The notes beneath the pieces were generated by a model. That model was not told the origin of the DNA, searched no databases, and saw only the letters and a list, made by a program, of their open reading frames with translations. Of a DNA stretch of 64,000 bases, positions 18,952 to 28,801 are shown in pieces. Source of the stretch: Bacteroidia bacterium (GTDB lineage Bacteria; Bacteroidota; Bacteroidia; NS11-12g; UBA9320); NCBI GenBank assembly GCA_049115575.1, contig JAGDZU010000004.1, positions 572,294-636,293 on the forward strand, written 5' to 3'. How positions within the stretch are numbered: the first letter of the stretch is position 1; every line of letters begins with the position of its first letter. The position numbers and the translations under genes are program-made.

Positions 18952-20985
18952 TTAACTACTTATACCCTCCAGCATAAACAAAAATGCATATTCCATGGCC
19001 GTTTCTTTATGAGCTGCAAATCTTCCGCTTGCTCCACCATGTCCTGTCTCCATATTGGTATGTAAAAGCAACAAATTATTGTCCGTTTTCATGTCTCTAA
19101 GTTTTGCAACCCATTTAGCAGGTTCCCAGTATTGTACTTGACTATCGTGGAGGCCTGTGGTAACCATCATAGATGGATATTCTTTGGATTCCACATTATC
19201 GTAAGGTGAATATGATTTGATGTAATTGTAGTATTCCACTTCATTGGGGTTTCCCCATTCGTCATACTCTCCTGTGGTGAGGGGTATACTGTCATCAAGC
19301 ATAGTAGTAACCACATCTACAAAAGGAACCGCCGCAATCACTCCATTCCAGATTTCCGGCTTCATATTGATAACCGCCCCCATTAATAGCCCTCCAGCGC
19401 TACCTCCCATTGCATATAGACTTTCTTTGCTGGTAAGGCCTTCTTGAACTAAAAATTCACCACAATCAATAAAGTCATAGAATGTATTCTTTTTACTAAG
19501 TAGTTTTCCATTTTCATACCATTCTCTACCCAGATCTTCTCCTCCTCTTATATGTGCAATGGCAAATATGAAACCTCTATTTAGTAGGCTCAATCGCACA
19601 GAGCTGAAATACGGATCCATGGAATATCCATATGAACCATAGGCGTATAAAAGCAAAGGGTTTTTGTCCTGCCTCAGAGATTTTTTATACACCAATGATA
19701 TTGGCACAGCTGTTCCGTCTCTGGCTTCACATATCACTCGTTTTGATTCGTATTCACTGGGGTCATAGCCTCCTACTATCTCTTGCTGTTTCTTAAGTCC
19801 CTGCGTTTTATCTTCTAGATTGTAGTCAAATATGCTTGTTGGAGTGGTCAAAGAGCTGTAGCCATAACGCAAAATTCTAGTGTCAAATTCTGGATTAACT
19901 CCAGTCCAGCAGCTATATGTTTCATCATTAAATTTGATATAGTGTTCTTGACCGTTTTGTTGGTTGATTACTCTGAGCTGATCTAGTCCTGCTGTCTTTT
20001 CTTCCACCACTAAAAAATCTTTAAAAGTTTCTATGCCCTCAATTAGTGTGTCTTCTCTGTGGTCAATTACCACTTCCCACTGCTCTCTTTCGGTTTTGTC
20101 GACTGGACATTCCATCAATTTGAAATTTGTGGCATCCCAATTAGTGAGCACATACCACTGATTACCCACATGGCTTATTCCATACTCCATTCCTCTAACT
20201 CTGTCTTGAAATACTTTGAACTCTTCAAGCGGTTCATCCGCGCTTAAGTATCTATATTCATCCGTTAATGTGCTTGAAGATGAAATTATGATATAGTCGG
20301 TTGATTTGCTCTTATATGCGTTGCAATAAAAAGTGTCATCCTCTTCTCTATAAACTTCCACCGTCTCCTGGGTTTCTAAATTATAACGCATCACTTTGTG
20401 TGATCTCAGTGTTTGCTCATCTCTGTAGGTAAAAAAAAGATGAATGTTATCATTTGCCCACGCTGCTCCCCCAGTTGTTCCCTCTAACTTTGATGTGAGA
20501 ATCTCACCTGTTTTTAGATTCTTAAGTCGAATAGTATAAATGCGCCTGCTTACAGTATCTTCTCCAAATGCAAGCCATTGGTTGTCTGGACTTACACTCA
20601 TTCCAGCAACATGGTAATAGGCATGCTCTTTTGCCAATTCATTTACATTGAGAAAAATCTCTTCTTCATTGTCTAAAGAAGCTTTCTTTCTGCAAAAGAT
20701 GGGGTGTTCATCTCCTTTCTCATACTTGCTGTAATACCAGTATCCATTCTTGAAGTAAGGGACGCTAGTATCGTCTTTCTTGATTCTTCCTATGATTTCA
20801 TTATATAGCTCATCTTGGAAGTTTTCTGTATGCTTGAGTTGTTCTTTGGTATAGTCATTTTCAGAATTAAGATAATCTATAACATCAGTATTCTCACGAT
20901 CATTTAGCCAGTAGTAATTGTCTATTCGAAGATCTCCATGAATCAGGAGTTCTTTGGGTATTTTCTTTGCTTTCGGCGCTTGCAT
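18952..20985 (-). CDS. ptrB: Oligopeptidase B (S9A prolyl oligopeptidase family, protease II)
   Basis: 677 aa. N-terminal beta-propeller, then an alpha/beta hydrolase with the catalytic Ser in GGSAGGLL and downstream GNPNE / HGG motifs. Confidence 0.85.
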   Translation of the reverse strand: MQAPKAKKIPKELLIHGDLRIDNYYWLNDRENTDVIDYLNSENDYTKEQLKHTENFQDELYNEIIGRIKKDDTSVPYFKNGYWYYSKYEKGDEHPIFCRKKASLDNEEEIFLNVNELAKEHAYYHVAGMSVSPDNQWLAFGEDTVSRRIYTIRLKNLKTGEILTSKLEGTTGGAAWANDNIHLFFTYRDEQTLRSHKVMRYNLETQETVEVYREEDDTFYCNAYKSKSTDYIIISSSSTLTDEYRYLSADEPLEEFKVFQDRVRGMEYGISHVGNQWYVLTNWDATNFKLMECPVDKTEREQWEVVIDHREDTLIEGIETFKDFLVVEEKTAGLDQLRVINQQNGQEHYIKFNDETYSCWTGVNPEFDTRILRYGYSSLTTPTSIFDYNLEDKTQGLKKQQEIVGGYDPSEYESKRVICEARDGTAVPISLVYKKSLRQDKNPLLLYAYGSYGYSMDPYFSSVRLSLLNRGFIFAIAHIRGGEDLGREWYENGKLLSKKNTFYDFIDCGEFLVQEGLTSKESLYAMGGSAGGLLMGAVINMKPEIWNGVIAAVPFVDVVTTMLDDSIPLTTGEYDEWGNPNEVEYYNYIKSYSPYDNVESKEYPSMMVTTGLHDSQVQYWEPAKWVAKLRDMKTDNNLLLLHTNMETGHGGASGRFAAHKETAMEYAFLFMLEGISS

Positions 20986-21030
20986 TGCACAAGAATAAAA
21001 CTAATTCTAAAAGTTCGAGCTTAGAATATT

Positions 21031-21750
21031 ATGAATGTTCGTTATTTGCCTTTCATGGCAATGCAAGTTGTTCTCATACCCACCTTTATTGGTGTCCAAG
21101 AGAAAGGAAATTTACCTCAAAGAACTCTTGACAAAATATATTCTATAAGACATTTTATTGTGGAACGAGAGCGAACTGCTCGAGCATTTCTTAAAGCTAT
21201 TCAACATCCATTAGCCCAGCAAGATTTCGTAATTCATGAACTCGACAAGCATGGTAACTACAACAATTTTCATGGCTTTGTAGACCAGCATTTATCAACT
21301 GATGACATTGGAGTGCTTTCTGAAGCAGGTTTGCCTGCCATTGCTGATCCTGGCTCTAGCATAATTGCCTACGCTCACTCAAAAAGTGCTAAGATTGTAC
21401 CATTAGCAGGTACATCATCCATTTTTCTAGCCTTGATGGCTAGTGGTCTTAATGGTCAGGATTTTAGATTTCACGGATATCTCCCTATAGACTCATCTCA
21501 AAGATTAAAGAAACTCAAAGAGATGGAAAAGTTCTCTGGCAAATCCACGCAAATTTTCATGGAGGCTCCTTATAGAAATAATGACTTTCTAAGCTTCCTA
21601 ATTAAGAATCTTCAAAAAAGCACTACTCTTTGTATCGCATGTGATCTTGAATCTGAGCGTGAGATTATCATTTCCAAAAAAGTAAGTGAATGGTCGGCTA
21701 AAGAGATAGACCTGCACAAGCGACCCTGCATATATCTCATTGGTCAATAA
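21031..21750 (+). CDS. SAM-dependent methyltransferase, tetrapyrrole-methylase superfamily
   Basis: LIPTFIG...LP...IVERERTARAFLKAI and AGLPAIADPG are typical of the small Bacteroidetes TP_methylase-like proteins. The start may be the internal MAMQVV. Confidence 0.6.
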   Translation: MNVRYLPFMAMQVVLIPTFIGVQEKGNLPQRTLDKIYSIRHFIVERERTARAFLKAIQHPLAQQDFVIHELDKHGNYNNFHGFVDQHLSTDDIGVLSEAGLPAIADPGSSIIAYAHSKSAKIVPLAGTSSIFLALMASGLNGQDFRFHGYLPIDSSQRLKKLKEMEKFSGKSTQIFMEAPYRNNDFLSFLIKNLQKSTTLCIACDLESEREIIISKKVSEWSAKEIDLHKRPCIYLIGQ

Positions 21751-21757
21751 TTTTTGA

Positions 21758-22669
21758 TCAATCAATATAGGCAGCACCGTATTTGGTATACTGTATTGGT
21801 AAAGTGTCTGGCAAATCCTCAGCGTCTATTTGTTGAAGCATATCAATTTCTATAGCCCTACAAATACTAGACATTGGAGTATCGGCTGCTCTTCCCTCAA
21901 ATGGCTCTTCCGTGACTTCCCCTGATTTATCTAATATATAAAACACGAATGAGACCATTGCAGTAATAGGGATTAGCATGAAATTCATTCCGTCTACTAA
22001 AGCACAAGGTAAAAGTAAGATGAATACCCAAAGAAATAAGCGAGTGAAATAATTGTAGTAGAAAGGAAATACGGTGTTCTTTATTCTTTCTGCTTTGCCT
22101 TGTTCTTGGTACATAATCCGAATATCTCCCATCAACATGGAATGCTGAAATTCGGTAATCTGACCATTGCGCAACAACTCTGTAACAACTTTACCTTGCC
22201 TGTGAAGAATCTGGACCGGTTTGTTTTTAGCTGTTTGTAGCATCTTACAAAACTTATCGTCCATATAATGACTTACCGTGCTGAGATCTATGTTTTTTCG
22301 CAAGTGCATATTAAGCACATACAGCCAAGCTATATGCCTGTGTATTAATGTGTTTTGATCCTCTTTATCATCTATATATGCAACCACTTGAGTTCCAAAA
22401 TTTCGGCTTACATTAACAATTGCACCCCAAACTTTGCGGGCTTCCCACCATCTATCATAGGCTGAATTGTTTCTAAAACCTAGAAATATAGCCAGAGCGC
22501 CACCCAGTATGGTAACAGGAATTACAGAAACCGAAAGGTCATATCCAACTTGATTATGAATTAACCAAACTATGGCCGCCCAACACAACTGAATGAATAT
22601 GGCAATCCTGTTGTAGTAAAAAATTCCATATGTCCTCTTAAACGAATTTGTTGAATAATGTAATAACAT
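21758..22669 (-). CDS. Bestrophin-family (UPF0187/YneE-like) putative anion channel
   Basis: FRNNSAYDRWWEARKVWG matches the bacterial bestrophin signature. Four TM segments. The stop is 4 bp from the acs start. Confidence 0.65.
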   Translation of the reverse strand: MLLHYSTNSFKRTYGIFYYNRIAIFIQLCWAAIVWLIHNQVGYDLSVSVIPVTILGGALAIFLGFRNNSAYDRWWEARKVWGAIVNVSRNFGTQVVAYIDDKEDQNTLIHRHIAWLYVLNMHLRKNIDLSTVSHYMDDKFCKMLQTAKNKPVQILHRQGKVVTELLRNGQITEFQHSMLMGDIRIMYQEQGKAERIKNTVFPFYYNYFTRLFLWVFILLLPCALVDGMNFMLIPITAMVSFVFYILDKSGEVTEEPFEGRAADTPMSSICRAIEIDMLQQIDAEDLPDTLPIQYTKYGAAYID

Positions 22670-22672
22670 GTT

Positions 22673-24592
22673 TTAGTTGCTCGCTTGTTGATTTAGTTCG
22701 TCTAGTATCAATTGTACCGCTTCTGGATTTAATAAAGTGGATATATCTCCAAATTGTTTTCTTTCACCCGCAGCAATTTTTCTCAATATCCTTCTCATGA
22801 TTTTGCCGCTCCTAGTTTTGGGCAAGGCAGAAACAAGCTGAATCACCTCTGGCTTAGCAATTGGACCCACAAGATGAGAAACTAAATCTAGGAGTTCTTT
22901 TTTGAATGCGACAGGGTCTTCAATAGTTTTACTGCTTTGAACAAATGCATAAATTGCATTGCCTTTGAGTTCATGTGGATAGCCAACAACAGCTGATTCA
23001 GAAACATCGGGGTGTTCATCCAGGGCATTTTCAATTTCTGCAGTTCCCAAATTGTGCCCACTAACAATAACCACATCGTCCATTCTTCCTGTTATTCGGT
23101 ATTGACCATTGGCATCTCTCCTGCAACCATCTCCTGTAAAATATTTACCGGGGTAATCGCTAAAATAGGTTTGTTTATAACGCTCATGGTCACCATATAT
23201 GGTTCTTGCCATAGAGGGCCACGGATACTTGATGCATAGTCCTCCTTCTGCCTCGGTTTCTGTTAATTCCTCCCCATCTTTATTTACTAAGCAACATTGT
23301 ATTCCCGGTAAAGGATATGTAGCATATGTTGGTTTAAAAGGAGTTGCACCAGGTATTGGTGAAATCATTATCCCACCTGTTTCAGTTTGCCACCAGGTAT
23401 CTACTATGGGGCACTTCCCCTTGCCTATATGATTATTGTACCAATTCCATGCTTCCTCATTAATGGGTTCGCCTACTGAACCTAAAACCTTAAGTGAATC
23501 CAAACTGTGTTTATTAACAAGTGAGATATCGCATTGTGCAAGTGCTCTAATTGCTGTAGGTGCTGTGTAAAAGATCTCTACTTTGTGTTTATCTACTATA
23601 TCCCACATCCTACCCAAGTCTGGATAAGATGGAGTTCCTTCATACATAAGCGTTGTAGCTCCAGCGCTTAGAGGACCGTAAATTATATAGCTATGACCTG
23701 TAATCCATCCAATATCTGCAGTACACCAGTATACCTGGCCTTCTTGATACTGGAATACCGTTCTAAAGGTGTAATTAGTATAGACCATATAGCCCCCACT
23801 ACTGTGAACCATCCCTTTTGGTTTTCCCGTAGAACCAGAAGTGTACAATATGAACAAAGGATCTTCTGAATCCATAATTTCAGCTTCACATTCGATGGAG
23901 CATCCTTTAATAGCATCAGACCACCAGACATCCCGGTTTTCTGCCATTTTGATTTCATTACCCACTCTATTCAGCACAACTACTTTTTCTATAGTTGGGC
24001 AGTCCATTAAAGCTTCATCTGCTATATCTTTTAGGTGTGTAATTTTGTCTCCTCTAAAACCTCCATCTGCTGTTAATAGGACCTTACATGCAGCATCATT
24101 TATTCTATCAGCTAAAGAACGCGAACTGAATCCTGCAAATACCACGGAGTGCACGGCTCCAATTCTAGCACAAGCCAATACCGCATAAGTTAACTCCGGT
24201 ACCATGGGCATGTAAAGGCATACTCTATCGCCTTTCTCAACACCAATGGATTTGAGCATATTGGCAACTCGATTTACTTCAGATGCCAATTCACCATATG
24301 TGATGTGTTTAGATACTTCGTTTGGATCGTTTGCTTCCCAAATAATAGCAGTTTGATTTCTCCTATCTGCAAGGTGTCTATCAATACAATTTTCAGTGAT
24401 ATTCAGTTTGGCATTGATGAACCATTTTACATAGGCATTTTCTAAATCATGCTCTAGAATCTTATCCCATTTCGAATGCCATTTGAAATCCTTCTCTGCT
24501 ATCTGGGCCCAAAACAATTCAGGATTATGGAGGCTCTTTTCATAAGTACTTCTATACTCTTCTGGGGAATGAAGAATTGGTTTAGTGGACAT
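22673..24592 (-). CDS. acs: Acetyl-coenzyme A synthetase (AMP-forming)
   Basis: 639 aa with the canonical Acs N-terminus (HSPEEYRSTYEKSLHNPELFWAQIA), the AMP-binding motif YTSGSTGKPKG, and the C-terminal SGKIMRR. Confidence 0.9.
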   Translation of the reverse strand: MSTKPILHSPEEYRSTYEKSLHNPELFWAQIAEKDFKWHSKWDKILEHDLENAYVKWFINAKLNITENCIDRHLADRRNQTAIIWEANDPNEVSKHITYGELASEVNRVANMLKSIGVEKGDRVCLYMPMVPELTYAVLACARIGAVHSVVFAGFSSRSLADRINDAACKVLLTADGGFRGDKITHLKDIADEALMDCPTIEKVVVLNRVGNEIKMAENRDVWWSDAIKGCSIECEAEIMDSEDPLFILYTSGSTGKPKGMVHSSGGYMVYTNYTFRTVFQYQEGQVYWCTADIGWITGHSYIIYGPLSAGATTLMYEGTPSYPDLGRMWDIVDKHKVEIFYTAPTAIRALAQCDISLVNKHSLDSLKVLGSVGEPINEEAWNWYNNHIGKGKCPIVDTWWQTETGGIMISPIPGATPFKPTYATYPLPGIQCCLVNKDGEELTETEAEGGLCIKYPWPSMARTIYGDHERYKQTYFSDYPGKYFTGDGCRRDANGQYRITGRMDDVVIVSGHNLGTAEIENALDEHPDVSESAVVGYPHELKGNAIYAFVQSSKTIEDPVAFKKELLDLVSHLVGPIAKPEVIQLVSALPKTRSGKIMRRILRKIAAGERKQFGDISTLLNPEAVQLILDELNQQASN

Positions 24593-24626
24593 AGGCCACT
24601 AATTTAATTAATGAAGACTAAATAGT

Positions 24627-24917
24627 TTACAATTGAATTTGTTGGATTATTTCAGAGGCTTGCCTCACCCCACTTTCTCTCCAACTTAACTTGCCATCTT
24701 TGAATATCATTAAAGTTGGGACTCCTTGAACATGATAGGCCCCTGCTAGTCTGGGATTCTTATCTACGTCAATTTTCAGTATTTTGACCTCATCTCCAAG
24801 CTCCTCTTTTACTTGAGTCAAAATCGGGGTCATCATTTTACAAGGTCCACACCATTCTGCAGAAAAATCTACTAGAACTTTACTATGAGCATTTACTATT
24901 TCTTTAAAATTTGCCAT
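24627..24917 (-). CDS. trxA: Thioredoxin
   Basis: 96 aa with the WCGPCK active site. Confidence 0.85.
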   Translation of the reverse strand: MANFKEIVNAHSKVLVDFSAEWCGPCKMMTPILTQVKEELGDEVKILKIDVDKNPRLAGAYHVQGVPTLMIFKDGKLSWRESGVRQASEIIQQIQL

Positions 24918-24951
24918 TTCTGAATTAACAGACGTTGAATGCTGTTAGTGC

Positions 24952-25284
24952 TTACACCATGTTGTTCACCTTACCCCAGCTTCCGCCATTATAAGCCTCT
25001 ATGCCATTTCTTTTCATAATACCCGTTGCAGATGCACTTCGCATACCACTAGCGCAGCAAGCAATTACAGGTTTATTCCAAGATTTTATTTGATTCAATT
25101 TTCCGTCGATGTTATTCAAAGGAATGTTTTTAGATCCTTTGACGTGTCCGCTGGCAAATTCTCCTTTGGTTCTCACATCTACTATTACCGCTCCATCTTG
25201 TAACTTTTCTTTTAAGTCTACTCCAGGTCCAAATGCTTTCTTTAAGAAATTAAACATAGTACAAAGCTCCGTCATAGACTTCAC
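24952..25284 (-). CDS. Rhodanese-like single-domain sulfurtransferase
   Basis: 110 aa. Active-site loop CCASGMRS with the catalytic Cys. Confidence 0.8.
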   Translation of the reverse strand: MKSMTELCTMFNFLKKAFGPGVDLKEKLQDGAVIVDVRTKGEFASGHVKGSKNIPLNNIDGKLNQIKSWNKPVIACCASGMRSASATGIMKRNGIEAYNGGSWGKVNNMV

Positions 25285-25344
25285 ATTTGCTGTAATCTAT
25301 GTTACCAACAAAAAAAATAGACAATTTTATATATTTGAATAGCT

Positions 25345-25794
25345 ATGCTCTCCAAGCAAAATATCTATAATGCTTGTACTTCTATCATTGAGGAAAAGCT
25401 GGAGGAATTAAACCTGAACATGCAAAACCTTAAGGAGAGTATAGCGGGTGAAGAAAAGAGTTCAGCTGGAGACAAATTTGAAACTGCCAGAGCTATGGCC
25501 CAAAAAGAAATGGAGCAACTCAATTTTCAAATTTTGAAACAGCAACAGGATTACAAGATTCTTTTGAACATAGATATAAATCAAAAATTTGATCATATCC
25601 AATTGGGGAGTTTAGTCAAAACCAAATCAAAGCGTTTGTTTATTGCCGTTGCCATAGGTAGGATTCACATAGACAACACGGATGTCTTTGTAATTTCTCC
25701 ATCTTCGCCAATTGGTCAGCTTCTTATTGGTCAGGAACAAGGCTATAAATTTACCATGGCTGGAAAATCAGATGAGGTCCTAGAGCTTTCCTAG
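25345..25794 (+). CDS. GreA/GreB-like (Rnk-like) small protein: coiled coil + FKBP-like C-terminal domain (putative)
   Basis: The C-terminus ISPSSPIGQLLIGQEQGYKFTMAGK...EVLEL resembles the Gre-factor C-terminal domain. The N-terminus is predicted coiled coil. Confidence 0.4.
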   Translation: MLSKQNIYNACTSIIEEKLEELNLNMQNLKESIAGEEKSSAGDKFETARAMAQKEMEQLNFQILKQQQDYKILLNIDINQKFDHIQLGSLVKTKSKRLFIAVAIGRIHIDNTDVFVISPSSPIGQLLIGQEQGYKFTMAGKSDEVLELS

Positions 25795-25837
25795 TATTTT
25801 TCTTCAAATTAGTATATTTGCCTAACGAACGATAGTT

Positions 25838-26434
25838 ATGTTGCAAACTACTGAGCGAAAAAGAGAAATCCTATCAACCTCACAAAGGCTTTTCAAAGAA
25901 AAAGGCTATGCATCTACATCTGTAAGAGACATTGCCAAAGCTTTAGATATTGAACCCGCAAGCTTATACAGTCACATCAAAACCAAGGAAGACATTCTAC
26001 AGATTACCTGCTTTGAAATGGCTGACAAATTCCACAACGCCATTCTAGAAGTAAATGATATTTATTTCAATGCAGATGAGAAACTAAAATTGGCCATAAA
26101 ACTCCATGTTGAAATACTCACTTCAAACATAGATGCGGCTGTAGTTTTCATTAGAGACTGGAGAAACTTAAGTCCGGAGGCCAAGGCTGAGTTCGTTGAG
26201 AAAAGAAATACTTACGAAGAAGGAATTAGAAACATTATTGAAGAGGGAATTAAAGAAGGTAACTTCAATGATATTGACATAAAAATTGCCGCTCTTGCCA
26301 TTTTATCCAGTGTCAACTGGATAGTAGAATGGTACAGACCAGATGGAAAATTAGGACCAAATGAAATAGCAGAGAAACTCTGCAACTTTGTGCTGAGCGG
26401 ATTAAAATCTGGCAAAGCCTCACAACAATTTTAG
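25838..26434 (+). CDS. TetR family transcriptional regulator, probable PaaR-type regulator of the downstream paa genes
   Basis: N-terminal HTH (ILSTSQRLFKEKGYASTSVRDIAKALDIEPASLYSHIKTKEDIL). The stop is 6 bp upstream of paaA on the same strand. Confidence 0.75.
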   Translation: MLQTTERKREILSTSQRLFKEKGYASTSVRDIAKALDIEPASLYSHIKTKEDILQITCFEMADKFHNAILEVNDIYFNADEKLKLAIKLHVEILTSNIDAAVVFIRDWRNLSPEAKAEFVEKRNTYEEGIRNIIEEGIKEGNFNDIDIKIAALAILSSVNWIVEWYRPDGKLGPNEIAEKLCNFVLSGLKSGKASQQF

Positions 26435-26440
26435 AACATC

Positions 26441-27424
26441 ATGTACGGAAACGCATATATAGACCCAAACGAAAAACTGGATTCTCAAGAAGAAAGCCAG
26501 GAATTACTAGACCAGTTTGAAGCTCGCATTCAAGCCGGAGAAAAAATAGAACCCAATGACTGGATGCCAGCATTGTACAGGAAGCAGCTCATCAGAATGA
26601 TTGAACAACACGCCCATTCTGAAATAATAGGTGCACTCCCAGAAGGAACTTGGATTACTCGCGCTCCAGGCTTTAGAAGAAAGCTGGCTTTAATGGCCAA
26701 AGTACAAGATGAGGTGGGTCATGCTCAGCTGCTCTATTCTGCTGCTGAAACACTCGGTAAAACTAGAGAGGCAATGATCAACGATTTAATAACTGGTAAG
26801 TCAAAATACAGTAATGTTTTTAACTATCCAGCCTTAACATGGGCAGACAGTGCAATCATTGCTTGGCTCATAGATGCAGGGGCAATAGTAAATCAATTGG
26901 CCAATAGCAAAGGCTCTTACGGCCCTTATTGTAGAGCTTTAGAACGCATTTGTTACGAAGAGAGTTTTCACTTGAAGTATGGGCACGATAATGTGGTACA
27001 CCTTGCAACTGGTACTAAGAAACAAAGAGAAATGGTACAAGAAGCGCTCACAAGATGGTGGCCTCCAATAATGCACTTCTTTGGTCCTTCAGACAAGGCA
27101 TCTGTTCATACTGAGACACTTATGAAGTGGAAAGTGAAAATGATGAGTAATGATGCTATGCGTCAACAATACTTGGATATGTACGTTCCAAAAATCTGGG
27201 ACTTAGGTTTGGTATTACCTGATCCGAATCTTCACAAAAACCATGAATCTGGGCTTTGGGAATATACAGAACCGGATTGGGAAGAATTCAAACGAGTGAT
27301 AAATGGAGATGGTCCATGTAATGCTGAAAGGCTGGCTGTTAGGAGAATGGCAGAAGAAAAAGGCCGCTGGGTAAGACGAGCTATTCTTGGAGAAGGGGCA
27401 GCATATGTGCAGCCATTTGCTTAA
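26441..27424 (+). CDS. paaA: 1,2-phenylacetyl-CoA epoxidase, catalytic subunit A
   Basis: 327 aa diiron oxygenase with E...EVGH and EESFH-type ligand motifs. Strong family resemblance to PaaA. Confidence 0.85.
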   Translation: MYGNAYIDPNEKLDSQEESQELLDQFEARIQAGEKIEPNDWMPALYRKQLIRMIEQHAHSEIIGALPEGTWITRAPGFRRKLALMAKVQDEVGHAQLLYSAAETLGKTREAMINDLITGKSKYSNVFNYPALTWADSAIIAWLIDAGAIVNQLANSKGSYGPYCRALERICYEESFHLKYGHDNVVHLATGTKKQREMVQEALTRWWPPIMHFFGPSDKASVHTETLMKWKVKMMSNDAMRQQYLDMYVPKIWDLGLVLPDPNLHKNHESGLWEYTEPDWEEFKRVINGDGPCNAERLAVRRMAEEKGRWVRRAILGEGAAYVQPFA

Positions 27425-27439
27425 ATTTGGGAAAATCCC

Positions 27440-28801
27440 ATGCTTATGCGAACAACTCTTTTAACCATATTCATATGTGTATGTGCAATCTTAAATGCTC
27501 AGATTCCAAATTCTGGCTTTGAGGATTGGTCTGCAGTCTCCATTCCCCAATTGGAGGATTGGAATTCATTAGGTAATGTGGAACTTACCACAGATGCAAC
27601 AGATGGAACTAAAGCTATAAAATTAGTTAACGACAGTGCTCTTGGAACCTTCGGCGGTATTACCAACACTGATTTAAATGACGAATTTACCGGTGGTCAA
27701 CCATATACAGACATCCCTTTAACCATGTCTTTCTCGTGCAAATACGATCTTGCCCCAGGAGATATAGGTAAGATCTACGCCGTATTTAAAGCACAAGGTG
27801 TTGCATTAGGTGTTGTTGATTTTACTATCAATGGCAATAGCGCAGATACATTTGTGCGCTTTAATTATGCCGTACAATGGACTACCCAGATTAACCCGGA
27901 TACTCTTATAGTAGTGATGGCTTCCACAGACATTGAAAACCCAAATGTGAATGGAAATGGATATGTAATTATTGACGACATCACTTTTAGAAATTTTGGC
28001 ACAGAAAAAGACTCTGTAGACAACAATAGTTTTGAAAATTGGGGATCGATTGACATAGAACACCCGAATTCATGGTTTACTACAGACTTGTTCTTGAAAG
28101 AAGAATTCAATTTACCAATAGTTTTAAATTCCGTTACAAAAGCTACTAACCCACACAGTGGCAATGGAGCTATTAAACTGAGAAACGTGGATGTTGATGG
28201 TGACCTCATACCAGGAATTGCAGTTACAGGTGACGGGTTGAGCAGCTTAACAACACCAAGTTTTGCAGTGAATCAACGCTGGAAACATATTCATGGCTTA
28301 TACTGGTTTGATCAAGACAGCACGGATGTTGCAAATGTGACTGCTACATTCTTCCTAAATGGGGCTTTAATAGGTGCTGCCCAAGTCGACTTTACTGAAG
28401 ATCATTTGGATGACTACAAATACTTCTCTGGTGAAATTCAATATTTTTCCGCTGGGATACCAGATAGTGCTTCTATAATAATTGCAACTGGAAATATTGA
28501 GAACCCAGTAGGAACCAACACAACATTATGGGTAGATGATCTGTCCTTTACCAATCACACTTTAACTATTGAAGAAATTGAACGCTCGGAATTAAAGGTA
28601 TTTCCAAATCCTTGTTTAGATGTGTTAAACATTTCCAGCCATAATGCTCAAGAATCTATACTATACACACTTGATGGAAGAGAAGTAATAAGGACTACAG
28701 ATAGTCTCCTGAACCTTCGTGAAATTGAATCTGGAACCTATTATCTTCAGGTATGGGGTAAAGATTCATTGTTGTCTAACCAAAAAATCATCAAGCTATG
28801 A
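27440..28801 (+). CDS. T9SS-secreted hypothetical protein: two tandem galactose-binding/CBM-like domains + type IX C-terminal sorting domain (paralog 1)
   Basis: Signal peptide and an internal duplication, each copy starting N(S/G)xFE(D/N)W and ending (I/V)DD(I/L)(T/S)F. The C-terminal ~80 aa (LKVFPNPCLDVLNISS...GTYYLQV...KIIKL) matches the Por/T9SS CTD. Confidence 0.6.
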   Translation: MLMRTTLLTIFICVCAILNAQIPNSGFEDWSAVSIPQLEDWNSLGNVELTTDATDGTKAIKLVNDSALGTFGGITNTDLNDEFTGGQPYTDIPLTMSFSCKYDLAPGDIGKIYAVFKAQGVALGVVDFTINGNSADTFVRFNYAVQWTTQINPDTLIVVMASTDIENPNVNGNGYVIIDDITFRNFGTEKDSVDNNSFENWGSIDIEHPNSWFTTDLFLKEEFNLPIVLNSVTKATNPHSGNGAIKLRNVDVDGDLIPGIAVTGDGLSSLTTPSFAVNQRWKHIHGLYWFDQDSTDVANVTATFFLNGALIGAAQVDFTEDHLDDYKYFSGEIQYFSAGIPDSASIIIATGNIENPVGTNTTLWVDDLSFTNHTLTIEEIERSELKVFPNPCLDVLNISSHNAQESILYTLDGREVIRTTDSLLNLREIESGTYYLQVWGKDSLLSNQKIIKL

